Of a stretch of 56,482 bases of DNA, positions 41,351 to 50,221 are shown piece after piece. The DNA is from a virus (taxonomy: Duplodnaviria; Caudoviricetes). Numbering within the stretch: the stretch's first letter is position 1; each line of letters starts with the position of its first letter. The position numbers and the translations under genes were made by a program. Below the pieces are notes generated by a model. The model worked only from the letters and a program-made list of their open reading frames with translations, was not told where the DNA came from and did not search any database. The stretch covers positions 1 to 56,482 of IMG/VR virus record IMGVR_UViG_3300030106_008084; one strand, written 5' to 3'.

Positions 41351-42379
41351 ATGTCAAAAAAGAAAGACTTGTTTAATTTAGGTGAAGCATATAAAGATGT
41401 ATTCAATAAGGTAATAACTGAAGACTCTGTCCCTCCTGGTCAAATAGGTTCAGCTCCATTAGTTGCAGGTGGTCCAGAAGAAAAAGGTGGCTTTAGACCA
41501 GCTCAAGTAGATATTACAAAGATGTCAGATAAAGATAAAAAAGATAATATCTACAATATAAAAGGATATACTTATGGCGATGGCAATAATCCTGGTGATT
41601 GTAACGAGCCAAAGCCTACAGGACCTGAATATGACCAGGTGCCTTATTCTGGTATAGTTGGACCTGAAGAAGATGAAGAAGAAAAAAGACCTGATTATCC
41701 AGATGTAGATGGAGATGGAGATACAGATGAGTCAATGGAAAAAGCTCTGAAAGATAAAAAGAAGGGTAAAAAGGGTAAAGATGACGAAGAAGATGAAGAA
41801 TTTTTGGAAGAACACGAGAAAATTGCACGCGATGGCCTAAATAATTTTATGAGCAAGACTTCTGTATTTGATAAACTTTATAACAAGGTAATGGTTAACG
41901 AAAACTTTGGCGAAGATGCTGAAGATGTTACTGAACTTGAAGCTTTAGGAATTGAAACTGAGACCGATGTCGAAGTTGATGATGTTCCAGAAGAGATCAC
42001 AGTTTCCATTCCCGGTGAACTAGCACAATCACTTTGCGATATCTTACAAACAGCATTAGCTCAACAAGAAGTTGAAGTTGATGTGGATGTAGACGTTGAA
42101 GAGGTAACCGACACTGAGTTCGAAGAGGACGAAGAGGCGGCCATGAAAGACGGTGGAGGTTATGGAATCGATGCTGGTTCTACTCTTAAGCATGCAGTTG
42201 ATTACGGACATGGTGGTAAAAATAAGGTTGGTAACTTAAAGCCAACTGGTGCTGCTAAAGATAAAGACGGTGGAGGCTACGGTGTTGATGCTGGTTCTAC
42301 TCTTAACCATACAGTAGACATGGGCAAGAACAACAAAGTAGGTAAGCTGCCCGTAGGTAAGAACGCTTTTGAAAATTAA
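41351..42379 (+). CDS. Acidic late protein, probable prohead core/internal protein
   Basis: Very D/E-rich, DVDGDGD motif, duplicated C-terminal KDGGGYG.DAGSTL; late promoter upstream and terminator downstream. Confidence 0.6.
   Translation: MSKKKDLFNLGEAYKDVFNKVITEDSVPPGQIGSAPLVAGGPEEKGGFRPAQVDITKMSDKDKKDNIYNIKGYTYGDGNNPGDCNEPKPTGPEYDQVPYSGIVGPEEDEEEKRPDYPDVDGDGDTDESMEKALKDKKKGKKGKDDEEDEEFLEEHEKIARDGLNNFMSKTSVFDKLYNKVMVNENFGEDAEDVTELEALGIETETDVEVDDVPEEITVSIPGELAQSLCDILQTALAQQEVEVDVDVDVEEVTDTEFEEDEEAAMKDGGGYGIDAGSTLKHAVDYGHGGKNKVGNLKPTGAAKDKDGGGYGVDAGSTLNHTVDMGKNNKVGKLPVGKNAFEN
42146..42306 (+). repeat. 44-bp imperfect direct repeat (42146-42189 and 42263-42306)
   Basis: aaagacggtggagg.ta.gg..t.gatgctggttctactcttaa occurs twice. 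Confidence 0.8.
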
Positions 42380-42409
42380 GTCGCTCAAATATTAACCAAA
42401 TTCAAATTT

Positions 42410-42444
42410 AAAAGCCCGTAGAGTACGCCTCTTCGGGCTTTTTT
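42410..42444 (+). terminator. Rho-independent terminator
   Basis: AAAAGCCCG-tagagtacgcctctt-CGGGCTTTT followed by a T run. Confidence 0.85.
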
Positions 42445-42457
42445 AATAAATATAAGT

Positions 42458-43495
42458 GTGAAGTTCTACAACAAAACTCTAAACAAAAAGTTTTGGTCTG
42501 AAGATAATAAATTTAATCCAGACATTAGAGAAAAACTTTTGTCCATAACTAATGATTTCATTGATAAGCTTGATCTAGATGGTGTAGAAATATATGATGT
42601 AACATTGACGGGTAGTAATAGTAATTACAATTACAATGATTATTCTGATCTTGATGTACATGTATTAATTGATTTTAAAGATATAAACGAAGACGAAGAT
42701 CTTGTTAAAAAAGCCTTAGATGGCCAGCGCTTTGTTTGGAATCTTAGACATAACATTAGTTTAAGAGATCATGGAGTAGAGATGTATATGCAGGATAAAG
42801 ATGAGCCTCATGTAGCTTCAGGTTTGTATTCTCTTTTGAATGATGAATGGATTACCGAGCCTTCTTATGACCCTCCAACAATAGATTCAAGAGATGTTTA
42901 TAAGAAAGCTAAAACAATAGAGGATGATGTAAGAGTGTTAAAGGAGAGAGTCTTAGATGTAAAAGGTAGATCAGCTAAAGATCTCCATGATTGTGCTAAT
43001 CAACTAAAGAAAAAGATCTCTAATATGCGAAAGAGCGGCTTAGAAAGAGAAGGTGAATTTAGTATAGAAAACTTAGCATTTAAAGTATTACGTAACACAG
43101 AGGTTATAGGTGATCTCATTGATATTATCTCTAGATCTTATGACAAAATTTATATGGAAAACTTCAAAACCTTTTTTGAATACTATCAAGGAGAAGAATT
43201 ACTTAATCCTCATATGAGAACAGGTAAAAATATTAACAGAGTAGGGTTAGCTAAGAAGCATCTTAACACTGTACCAAAACAATATAGTCATGAATGTCCA
43301 CATGTAAGAAATTTACTTAACGGCGGTGCACATCAAATAAAGTTAATGGGCGCCCCATTGCATGATACGTTAAATGTATATCAAGTCGACTATGCTCCAG
43401 GAATATCTAAAAGCTTAGGTAACTCTGGTGTTGAAGTTGAAATGTTTGAAGATGAAGAAGGTAACCATTGCGGTATGTTAAAGAGAAAGAATTAA
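42458..43495 (+). CDS. Pol-beta-superfamily nucleotidyltransferase with C-terminal extension
   Basis: LTGSNSNYNY..SDLDVHV (GS..DxD), VEMY, GEFSIENLAFKVLR; TAAATA-N5-GTG. Confidence 0.8.
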   Translation: MKFYNKTLNKKFWSEDNKFNPDIREKLLSITNDFIDKLDLDGVEIYDVTLTGSNSNYNYNDYSDLDVHVLIDFKDINEDEDLVKKALDGQRFVWNLRHNISLRDHGVEMYMQDKDEPHVASGLYSLLNDEWITEPSYDPPTIDSRDVYKKAKTIEDDVRVLKERVLDVKGRSAKDLHDCANQLKKKISNMRKSGLEREGEFSIENLAFKVLRNTEVIGDLIDIISRSYDKIYMENFKTFFEYYQGEELLNPHMRTGKNINRVGLAKKHLNTVPKQYSHECPHVRNLLNGGAHQIKLMGAPLHDTLNVYQVDYAPGISKSLGNSGVEVEMFEDEEGNHCGMLKRKN

Positions 43496-43499
43496 TAAT

Positions 43500-44318
43500 A
43501 TGTCTGTATGTAATGAGAATAGAATTAACTGCAAGCCAGATGAAGTATTAGCAGCTACTGCTATACCTCAATGTGGTAAGTTTGTTAATCCTTCTAACTT
43601 ACAAGCAGAGCAATTAGTATATGATCAAGCATTTAATGATCTCATAAACAACTATGGTATACCTATAGATTACTATATTAATACTTTTAATTTATCAGCA
43701 GCAGATCTGCTCTATGGTACTGATTGGGGCTCTAGTGATCTATCAACAGGGTTTGGTGAGTTCAAAGGAGCTCTTGGAATGCAAATGTACGTTGAACTCT
43801 CAGATGATGCGTTGCAGTTATCTAAGTTTGGTTTTGACCCTGGTGATGAATTTACTGGTTATGTACATATTAGTACATTTCACTCAGCAGCATCAGCTTA
43901 TTTTGATTATGCTGAAGTAGGGCAGTCAATAGAACCTAAAGCAGGGGACGTTATAAGCTTAAAAGTTTTAGGATGCGATAGACCTAATGGCAGAGGCACT
44001 GTAATGTATCAGGTAACAGAAAGAATGGAGCAAGATATGTCAGCTCTTAATCCTATTCTCGGACATTATGTATACAGATTAAGAGGTAAGAGATTCGACT
44101 ACTCGTTCCAGAGTGGATTATGTAGCGAGCCAGTCAACGAGCAAATTTACGACAATTCCTTTAGTGGTATATTATCCACCACGCTTGCCGATCAAGTATC
44201 TTCTGATGGTAAGACTTATGCGAATCCGGATGACCCATACAATATTGATGATGTATCAAAAGATCAAGTAATGGATATGGATATCAATGATACTGATATC
44301 TATGGATCATATTACTAA
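43500..44318 (+). CDS. gp14: Neck / head completion protein gp14-like
   Basis: DLINNYGIPIDY, LSKFGF..DE, EPKAGDVI, YVYRLRGKRFDYS. Confidence 0.75.
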   Translation: MSVCNENRINCKPDEVLAATAIPQCGKFVNPSNLQAEQLVYDQAFNDLINNYGIPIDYYINTFNLSAADLLYGTDWGSSDLSTGFGEFKGALGMQMYVELSDDALQLSKFGFDPGDEFTGYVHISTFHSAASAYFDYAEVGQSIEPKAGDVISLKVLGCDRPNGRGTVMYQVTERMEQDMSALNPILGHYVYRLRGKRFDYSFQSGLCSEPVNEQIYDNSFSGILSTTLADQVSSDGKTYANPDDPYNIDDVSKDQVMDMDINDTDIYGSYY

Positions 44319-45211
44319 GTAAGAACGCTTTTTACTATTGCATCCACATCATGCAGCTCTTCTAAGCTACTATAAGGACATTGATGGATTACACCGGTAA
44401 AGTCGTAATCATACAAATACGAATCAACAGTACCTTTAGCGTATTCAACTTTAGGAGCAAAGTTATTATGCAACTTATATCCAAATATCTTTGGTTGAGT
44501 AGCTACCCAAGCAACAGTAGAGGGTAAGTTAAGCGCAGCAGCTGCATGCTGAAGAGAAGAGTCAATAAAGATACGCTTACTTGAATGAGCTACCATACTA
44601 AACAAGGCTTTCTTTCCTATCATTTTATCGAACCTATGAACATTGTTCAGTTGAGGATGAAACTCATAACATACATGAACAATATTAAATTTATCAGCCA
44701 ATTTATCTACAACAGCTTGTGCCTGTGTAGGGTGCATATCTCTGGTCCATGAGTATGGATGTTGCTGATGATCTGGTCCTGGTCCTCCATATGGTTGAAA
44801 TAGCAACATAGGTTTTTGACCATCATTAAATTGATTCATATATGCAGCGCCTTCTTCAATCTCTCGAATATTAAAATCTAACTTTAAAGGCTCTCCTTCA
44901 TACTTAACCCCAATCATCTTACACCAAGTACTAATAAGGTGTGACTTTTTACTAATATGTGATGTCTGCTTATATGGGTCTTGCATATAAATCTCAACAT
45001 CTTTATCTTTAATAACATCCTGATAAAAATAAGGTGTATTACCTATTAGATAAAACCGAGCAACATCTGGATTACGAGTCCAAACTTCTGGCCAAGCAGA
45101 TACTACAATAATATTTCGCTCTGGTTTAGCTTTTTTATAGGTAGCTACTACAGCCGTAGCAGCGATGTTTTTACCTATACCTCCTTCGATGTGGAAAACT
45201 GTTGATGCCAT
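44315..45211 (-). CDS. GT-B glycosyltransferase, GT9 (heptosyltransferase)-like
   Basis: FHIEGGIGKNIAATAVV, LLFQPYGG, FIDSSLQHAAAALNLPSTVAW. Confidence 0.75.
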   Translation of the reverse strand: MASTVFHIEGGIGKNIAATAVVATYKKAKPERNIIVVSAWPEVWTRNPDVARFYLIGNTPYFYQDVIKDKDVEIYMQDPYKQTSHISKKSHLISTWCKMIGVKYEGEPLKLDFNIREIEEGAAYMNQFNDGQKPMLLFQPYGGPGPDHQQHPYSWTRDMHPTQAQAVVDKLADKFNIVHVCYEFHPQLNNVHRFDKMIGKKALFSMVAHSSKRIFIDSSLQHAAAALNLPSTVAWVATQPKIFGYKLHNNFAPKVEYAKGTVDSYLYDYDFTGVIHQCPYSSLEELHDVDAIVKSVLT

Positions 45212-45247
45212 ATATTTAATTTATATATTATACTAGAGAAGTCAATA

Positions 45248-46924
45248 CTATCCAACAGATATTTTTAAATCTGTACCATCTCTCCATACAATTCCTGCTA
45301 CAGAAGGATCGCTTGTTGGTAAAGCCCCAGCACTTAAATATAAACACTTAGCATGTAACGTATCTGCAGCTACTGTATCGATATCACTTCCTACAACAGA
45401 AGAACCACTGTGTAATACTTGGTTGTTTTTACCTCCTGCGATAAAGCTAAAACACTGACCACCGCAATGGATGCTGTTACTCTTACCACCTACAATAGCA
45501 CTATAACACCCTGATCCTAAAATACAATTTGACTCTCCTCCACCTACAAATCCATGTGTATTGGATAAGCAATTGTCTTCGCCACCCGCTATAGTTGCAT
45601 AGCAAACAGTACTCTCATTACCACATCCGCCTCCAATGAAAGAATCACTTGCATTTGACTGTATGCAATTTGATCTGCCTCCAACTACTGAACTATAATT
45701 AGCACTACCTAATACGTAGTTAGCTTGACCACCGACGATAGTTGAATATGTAGTAGTTACACAGCTACAAAAACCGCCTACAAGAACGCTACAATGACCC
45801 TGCACGCTGTTAGCTGTACCGCTTCCTACAAAGCCATGATTGCTATTGCATAGACTGTTTTGTTGTCCGCCTACAATAGTACCTAGATTGGAACTATTAA
45901 TAGTATTACTAACTCCTCCTCCAATGAATGCACAATTAGCTGTAGCAGTATTATTACTACCGCCGACAACTACCGAACATCCATTAGCGGTGCAATTATT
46001 TTCTCCACCTCCAATAAAACTTCTACTTCCTGTAGCACAGTTACTACGTCCTCCAACAATAGCTCCACCTAAGTTGGTTACCCTATTGCCATCGCCTCCA
46101 CCTACAAATGAACTTAATCCACAGGCAAGGTTATTAAGTCCTCCAACAACAATATCATAATCTTTTTCTGCCTGGTTAAAGCAACCGCCTCCTATAAAGG
46201 AATAGCAACCATGTGTTACGTTACATCGGCCAGATGTTATACTTGAATGATCACCTAACGTACGACTACTTAGACCAGCACCTAAAAAGGAATAATCGCT
46301 TATAGCACTTAAATTAGTTCCTCCCGCTACTGCACTATACGTGCCATGAATACCATTTTGGTATCCTCCAGCTATAGTTGAGCAACTACCACATGTCATT
46401 ACATTATGACTACCACCACCAATAGCTGCCACAGGTGAACTACAATTAAGGTTGTTGTCTGCACCACCAGCTATGGTGGTATTAACGCTTCTCGACATGT
46501 TAAATCTACCTCCGCCAATCACACTTCTGTCACATGTTTGAAAATTGCATACTCCACCTCCTATTACATTATGCGATCCATTACAAATTGAATGCTTACA
46601 GCCTCCTCCTACACTGTTTAGTACAGCGGTACACGCGATAGTAACTTCACATCCGATAACCAAATTAGATGTACCACTTAATTGACCAACAACTGTTACT
46701 CCAGACTGAAAACATTGACTACAATTAAAATAATTAATTTTATTTGGTGAGGCTAGCGGTGTAACTGCTCCAGTTGTAACAGCGCCAGATAGATATCCTG
46801 CGATTGAAGAAAGCGATGATCTAGAAGTTACAGCACTACCTCGAGGGTCTTGCACCAACGCTACTAATTCATCACCATCGTACTCATTTCCCTCTACGGG
46901 AAGCTCAGAAATCTTAATCGCCAT
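45248..46924 (-). CDS. Gly/Cys-rich beta-solenoid repeat fibre protein
   Basis: MAIKISELP N-terminus; long array of ~15-aa S-x-(I/V)-(G/V/A)-GG-x-x-N repeats; C-terminal LPTSDP..G.VWRDGTDLKIS. Confidence 0.75.
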   Translation of the reverse strand: MAIKISELPVEGNEYDGDELVALVQDPRGSAVTSRSSLSSIAGYLSGAVTTGAVTPLASPNKINYFNCSQCFQSGVTVVGQLSGTSNLVIGCEVTIACTAVLNSVGGGCKHSICNGSHNVIGGGVCNFQTCDRSVIGGGRFNMSRSVNTTIAGGADNNLNCSSPVAAIGGGSHNVMTCGSCSTIAGGYQNGIHGTYSAVAGGTNLSAISDYSFLGAGLSSRTLGDHSSITSGRCNVTHGCYSFIGGGCFNQAEKDYDIVVGGLNNLACGLSSFVGGGDGNRVTNLGGAIVGGRSNCATGSRSFIGGGENNCTANGCSVVVGGSNNTATANCAFIGGGVSNTINSSNLGTIVGGQQNSLCNSNHGFVGSGTANSVQGHCSVLVGGFCSCVTTTYSTIVGGQANYVLGSANYSSVVGGRSNCIQSNASDSFIGGGCGNESTVCYATIAGGEDNCLSNTHGFVGGGESNCILGSGCYSAIVGGKSNSIHCGGQCFSFIAGGKNNQVLHSGSSVVGSDIDTVAADTLHAKCLYLSAGALPTSDPSVAGIVWRDGTDLKISVG

Positions 46925-46936
46925 ACTTATATTTAT

Positions 46937-47182
46937 TTACTTAGGTGCTTTTAATCGGCAACAAATAGCAATAACTATTGCAAACACACCTGAAAGAATT
47001 AAATGCTTCTTAAATCCTTCAACGTTTTCACTTACAGTACAATATAAATCCCCATCAGTTGTTAAGGCTCCTTTATTTAAAGCATCTAAATACACATTAA
47101 CCATATCTACACAAAAGTACCCTCTAATGACAAATGCTAAAATAATAGCAGCTAAAATATAGACTAGATATTTTGGTTTCAT
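46937..47182 (-). CDS. Small membrane protein (two TM segments)
   Basis: Two hydrophobic helices; overlaps the stop of the holin-like gene. Confidence 0.6.
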   Translation of the reverse strand: MKPKYLVYILAAIILAFVIRGYFCVDMVNVYLDALNKGALTTDGDLYCTVSENVEGFKKHLILSGVFAIVIAICCRLKAPK

Positions 47183-47499
47183 TATTTCTTAATAACCTTC
47201 TCTGGGTTATCTGCAAATTTTTTACCTAATTTTACTATACCTTCAATTACCTCAGGTGATATAACACCGATAATTCCATATGTTACTGCTTTATAAAGAG
47301 ATGAAATCTCTGTTTGCTCAAGTATAAACCATGCTATTCCAGCTGATATACCAGCAGTCAATATCTTTTTAAGCTGTTGACCCCATGTGTAGTTATTCTC
47401 GCCGGATAGCAAACGAGCTAGCATAGCGCCGGCCCCTATTAAAGGTACGACCCATCCACCGCTTAGAAACTCTTTGAGTAGGGATTTTTCCGGCTCCAT
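47182..47499 (-). CDS. Holin-like membrane protein
   Basis: 105 aa, about three hydrophobic segments, basic C-terminus, late motif TAAATA-N6-ATG. Confidence 0.5.
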   Translation of the reverse strand: MEPEKSLLKEFLSGGWVVPLIGAGAMLARLLSGENNYTWGQQLKKILTAGISAGIAWFILEQTEISSLYKAVTYGIIGVISPEVIEGIVKLGKKFADNPEKVIKK

Positions 47500-47587
47500 T
47501 TTATATATTTATGGAAAAAACTACGTAGTTCTAGAGATATGTTAATATATTCTTGATTTTATGATAATACAAATATAATAGAAGATA

Positions 47588-48295
47588 GTGAAAATTTTAT
47601 TCGACGAAGCGTCTCATACCTATACTCATAAAGATACAAAAGAACAATTTACTTCCGTTACTACTTTTCTTGGAAGATATAAACCTCCATTTGATTCTGA
47701 TAAGCATGCTACTAGAGTAGCTAAGCGTGAAGGTGTAAGTAAAGAGTTAGTTCTAGAGATGTGGGAAGAAGAAAAGAATAGAGCTTGTGAAAGAGGTACT
47801 AATATTCATAAGCTATTAGAGGATTATATTGAGTATGGTGAGATAGAAGATACTTATGGTTGGTTGTATAAATCATATGATAAAGCTGTTGAACGTACAA
47901 TAGATCCTTTCGATAATGTACTATGCGAGAACTTACTTTATAACGAAGAGATTAAGATTGCTGGTACTGCTGATTTAATTTACGAGCATAAGGATGATAC
48001 CTTTACTATTGGTGATTTTAAAACTAATAAAAGATTTAGATTTAGTTCACAATATAAAGAGAGAATGAATCCACCTGTAGATCATTTTGATTATTGTGAG
48101 TTTAATACATACGCGTTACAACTCTCTTTCTATGCTTGGCTTTATGAAAGAGCGACAGGTAAAAAATGCCGCAAGTGTGTTATATTTTATTTGAAAGAAG
48201 ATAGATTTTTATCTTATCATGTAAATTATCTTAAGTCAGATATTTATAATATTATTAGTACAGCTAATTTAGGTAGTGATTGGATGGATGTTTAA
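47588..48295 (+). CDS. PD-(D/E)xK exonuclease
   Basis: SVTT, RGTNIH, CE..Y..IAGTADLI, IGDFKT, YALQLSFY. Confidence 0.85.
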   Translation: MKILFDEASHTYTHKDTKEQFTSVTTFLGRYKPPFDSDKHATRVAKREGVSKELVLEMWEEEKNRACERGTNIHKLLEDYIEYGEIEDTYGWLYKSYDKAVERTIDPFDNVLCENLLYNEEIKIAGTADLIYEHKDDTFTIGDFKTNKRFRFSSQYKERMNPPVDHFDYCEFNTYALQLSFYAWLYERATGKKCRKCVIFYLKEDRFLSYHVNYLKSDIYNIISTANLGSDWMDV

Positions 48296-48915
48296 GTAGC
48301 AAGTAAAGCGTTACAGAAATCCCAGTTTACTATCTCAAAATAATTTTCAAGCCATTCACCTCTCTTTGGACCATACATTAGGTAGTAGCTATGCTCCCAG
48401 ACATCTACACCTAATACTGGCTTACCTAAATTAAACATAAGCGGATTATCTTGATTTGGAGTTCTTACTAAATCAAGTCTATCATCTTTCTCTACTAACC
48501 AACCCCATCCGGAGCCAAATTGACCTTTTGCATTCTCTATAAACTCTTTTTTAAATTTATTAAATGTACCAAACCTCTTTACTATTCTATCTTTTATTTC
48601 TCCGTTAAAGTTACTTCCTCCAGGTGTCATCATGTTAAAAAACAATTGATGGTTATAAGCACCGCCGGCGTTATCTTTTATATGATCATTATACTTTTTT
48701 ATATCTTTAACCAGCTCAACTAACGGTGGCTTTCTCCTACTACTCATAGCTGCATTTAGCTTTTTAACATATCCTTTATAATGGTCATTGTAATGAAAAT
48801 CAGTAGTTTGTCTATTTACTACAGGCTCTAAAGCGCTAAGAGAATAAGGAAGCTTAATAGGTTTATAAGTATTAACCTTTTCTAAAAGTAAATCTACTTG
48901 ATTTAAAAACTTCAT
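48292..48915 (-). CDS. sodA: Fe/Mn superoxide dismutase (Mn-type signature)
   Basis: LPYSLSALEP, HYNDHY, NAGGAYNH, FGSGWGWL, NQDNP, DVWEHSYY. Confidence 0.93.
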   Translation of the reverse strand: MKFLNQVDLLLEKVNTYKPIKLPYSLSALEPVVNRQTTDFHYNDHYKGYVKKLNAAMSSRRKPPLVELVKDIKKYNDHIKDNAGGAYNHQLFFNMMTPGGSNFNGEIKDRIVKRFGTFNKFKKEFIENAKGQFGSGWGWLVEKDDRLDLVRTPNQDNPLMFNLGKPVLGVDVWEHSYYLMYGPKRGEWLENYFEIVNWDFCNALLAT

Positions 48916-48943
48916 TTACTATATTTAATAAATAAATAGCAAT

Positions 48944-49147
48944 ATGACACGGAGTGCTCTTCTAAAAAAATTTGATAAAGAAACTGAAAACCTTTGGGAT
49001 CAATTATATAAAATTAAAGACTTACTTGAAAGCGCTGAGGATTATGAGCTTTCTGAGCTAGGAGGAAAATTTTTAGATCAAATAGCTGAAGGAATAGAAG
49101 ATGGAGATATATCCTTAGAAGATATTAGAGATCAAATATCTGGTTGA
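48944..49147 (+). CDS. Hypothetical protein
   Basis: 67-aa acidic helical ORF; TAAATA-N5-ATG. Confidence 0.65.
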   Translation: MTRSALLKKFDKETENLWDQLYKIKDLLESAEDYELSELGGKFLDQIAEGIEDGDISLEDIRDQISG

Positions 49148-49179
49148 TTTCATAGAAAGCTACGTATAATATACGTGGC

Positions 49180-50220
49180 ATGCGTATAGAGACAGAGCTA
49201 AAGTACGATTTTGATGATGTTCTTATTCGACCTAAAAGGTCGACGCTGACGTCACGAAAAGAGGTTGATTTAACTAGAACGTTTAGATTTAAATACGGTG
49301 GTTCGTATCACGGTATACCAGTTATGGCTGCTAATATGGACGGTGTTGGTACATTAGAGGTAGGAAGAACCTTGAGTGACTTAGATCTCTTTACTTGTTA
49401 CAAGAAAGACATTGATGAAAAGGAGCTTATTGAAGAGCTTAAAGATAATAAAGGTAAGCATGTAGCTGTAACTGTAGGTAGGAATGAGTATGATTATGAG
49501 AGGTTAGCTCGTATTAATAAGAAAGCTCCAGTCCGTAATATTTGTATTGATGTAGCGAATGGTTATACTCAAGCGCTTGTTGACTTTGTAAAGGTAGTAA
49601 GAAGAACGTTTCCTCAAAGGACAATTATAGCGGGTAATGTTGTAACAGGTGAAATGGTTGAAGAGCTACTCTTAGCAGGAGCAGATATTATTAAAGTTGG
49701 TATTGGATCAGGAAGCGTTTGTACTACACGGCTAAAGACTGGAGTTGGTTATCCTCAGTTTAGTTGCATTGCCGAATGTGCTGATGCTGCTCATGGATTA
49801 GATGGTCATATTATTGCTGATGGAGGATGTACTACGCCAGGTGATGTAGCTAAAGCATTTGGTGCTGGAGCTGATTTTGTAATGCTTGGATCGATGTTAG
49901 CTGGTTCGACAGAAGGTGGTGGAGAAAAAATTACTATCGATGATAAAGAGTATGTAGAATTCTATGGAATGAGTAGTAAGAAGGCTAACGAAAAACATAA
50001 CGGTGGTCTTAAAGATTACAGAACGTCAGAGGGACGTAGAGTAGTTCTTCCATATAAAGGACCTATGCGTTATATTGTTCAAGATATTTTAGGAGGTATT
50101 AGAAGTACATGTACGTATGTTGGAGCTGCTAAGCTAAAGCATTTAAGTAAATGCGCTACGTTTGTTAGATGTACTAAAACGCATAGTAAGATATATGAAC
50201 CTAATACCTTAGAGATTTAA
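49180..50220 (+). CDS. guaC: GMP reductase
   Basis: DVLIRPKRSTL.SR, AANMD, CIDVANGY, KVGIGSGSVCTTR, FYGMSS, YRTSEG. Confidence 0.95.
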   Translation: MRIETELKYDFDDVLIRPKRSTLTSRKEVDLTRTFRFKYGGSYHGIPVMAANMDGVGTLEVGRTLSDLDLFTCYKKDIDEKELIEELKDNKGKHVAVTVGRNEYDYERLARINKKAPVRNICIDVANGYTQALVDFVKVVRRTFPQRTIIAGNVVTGEMVEELLLAGADIIKVGIGSGSVCTTRLKTGVGYPQFSCIAECADAAHGLDGHIIADGGCTTPGDVAKAFGAGADFVMLGSMLAGSTEGGGEKITIDDKEYVEFYGMSSKKANEKHNGGLKDYRTSEGRRVVLPYKGPMRYIVQDILGGIRSTCTYVGAAKLKHLSKCATFVRCTKTHSKIYEPNTLEI

Positions 50221-50221
50221 T

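Noticed and set aside
45300-46650. CRISPR-like periodic repeats
   Set aside because: The periodicity comes from degenerate protein repeats within one ORF; there are no identical repeats with unique spacers.
47588-48295. Cas4 / CRISPR-associated nuclease
   Set aside because: No array or other cas genes, and no clear four-Cys Fe-S arrangement; a generic phage PD-(D/E)xK exonuclease fits better.
49180-50220. IMP dehydrogenase
   Set aside because: No CBS domains, and AANMD, DVANGY and YRTSEG match type 1 GMP reductase.
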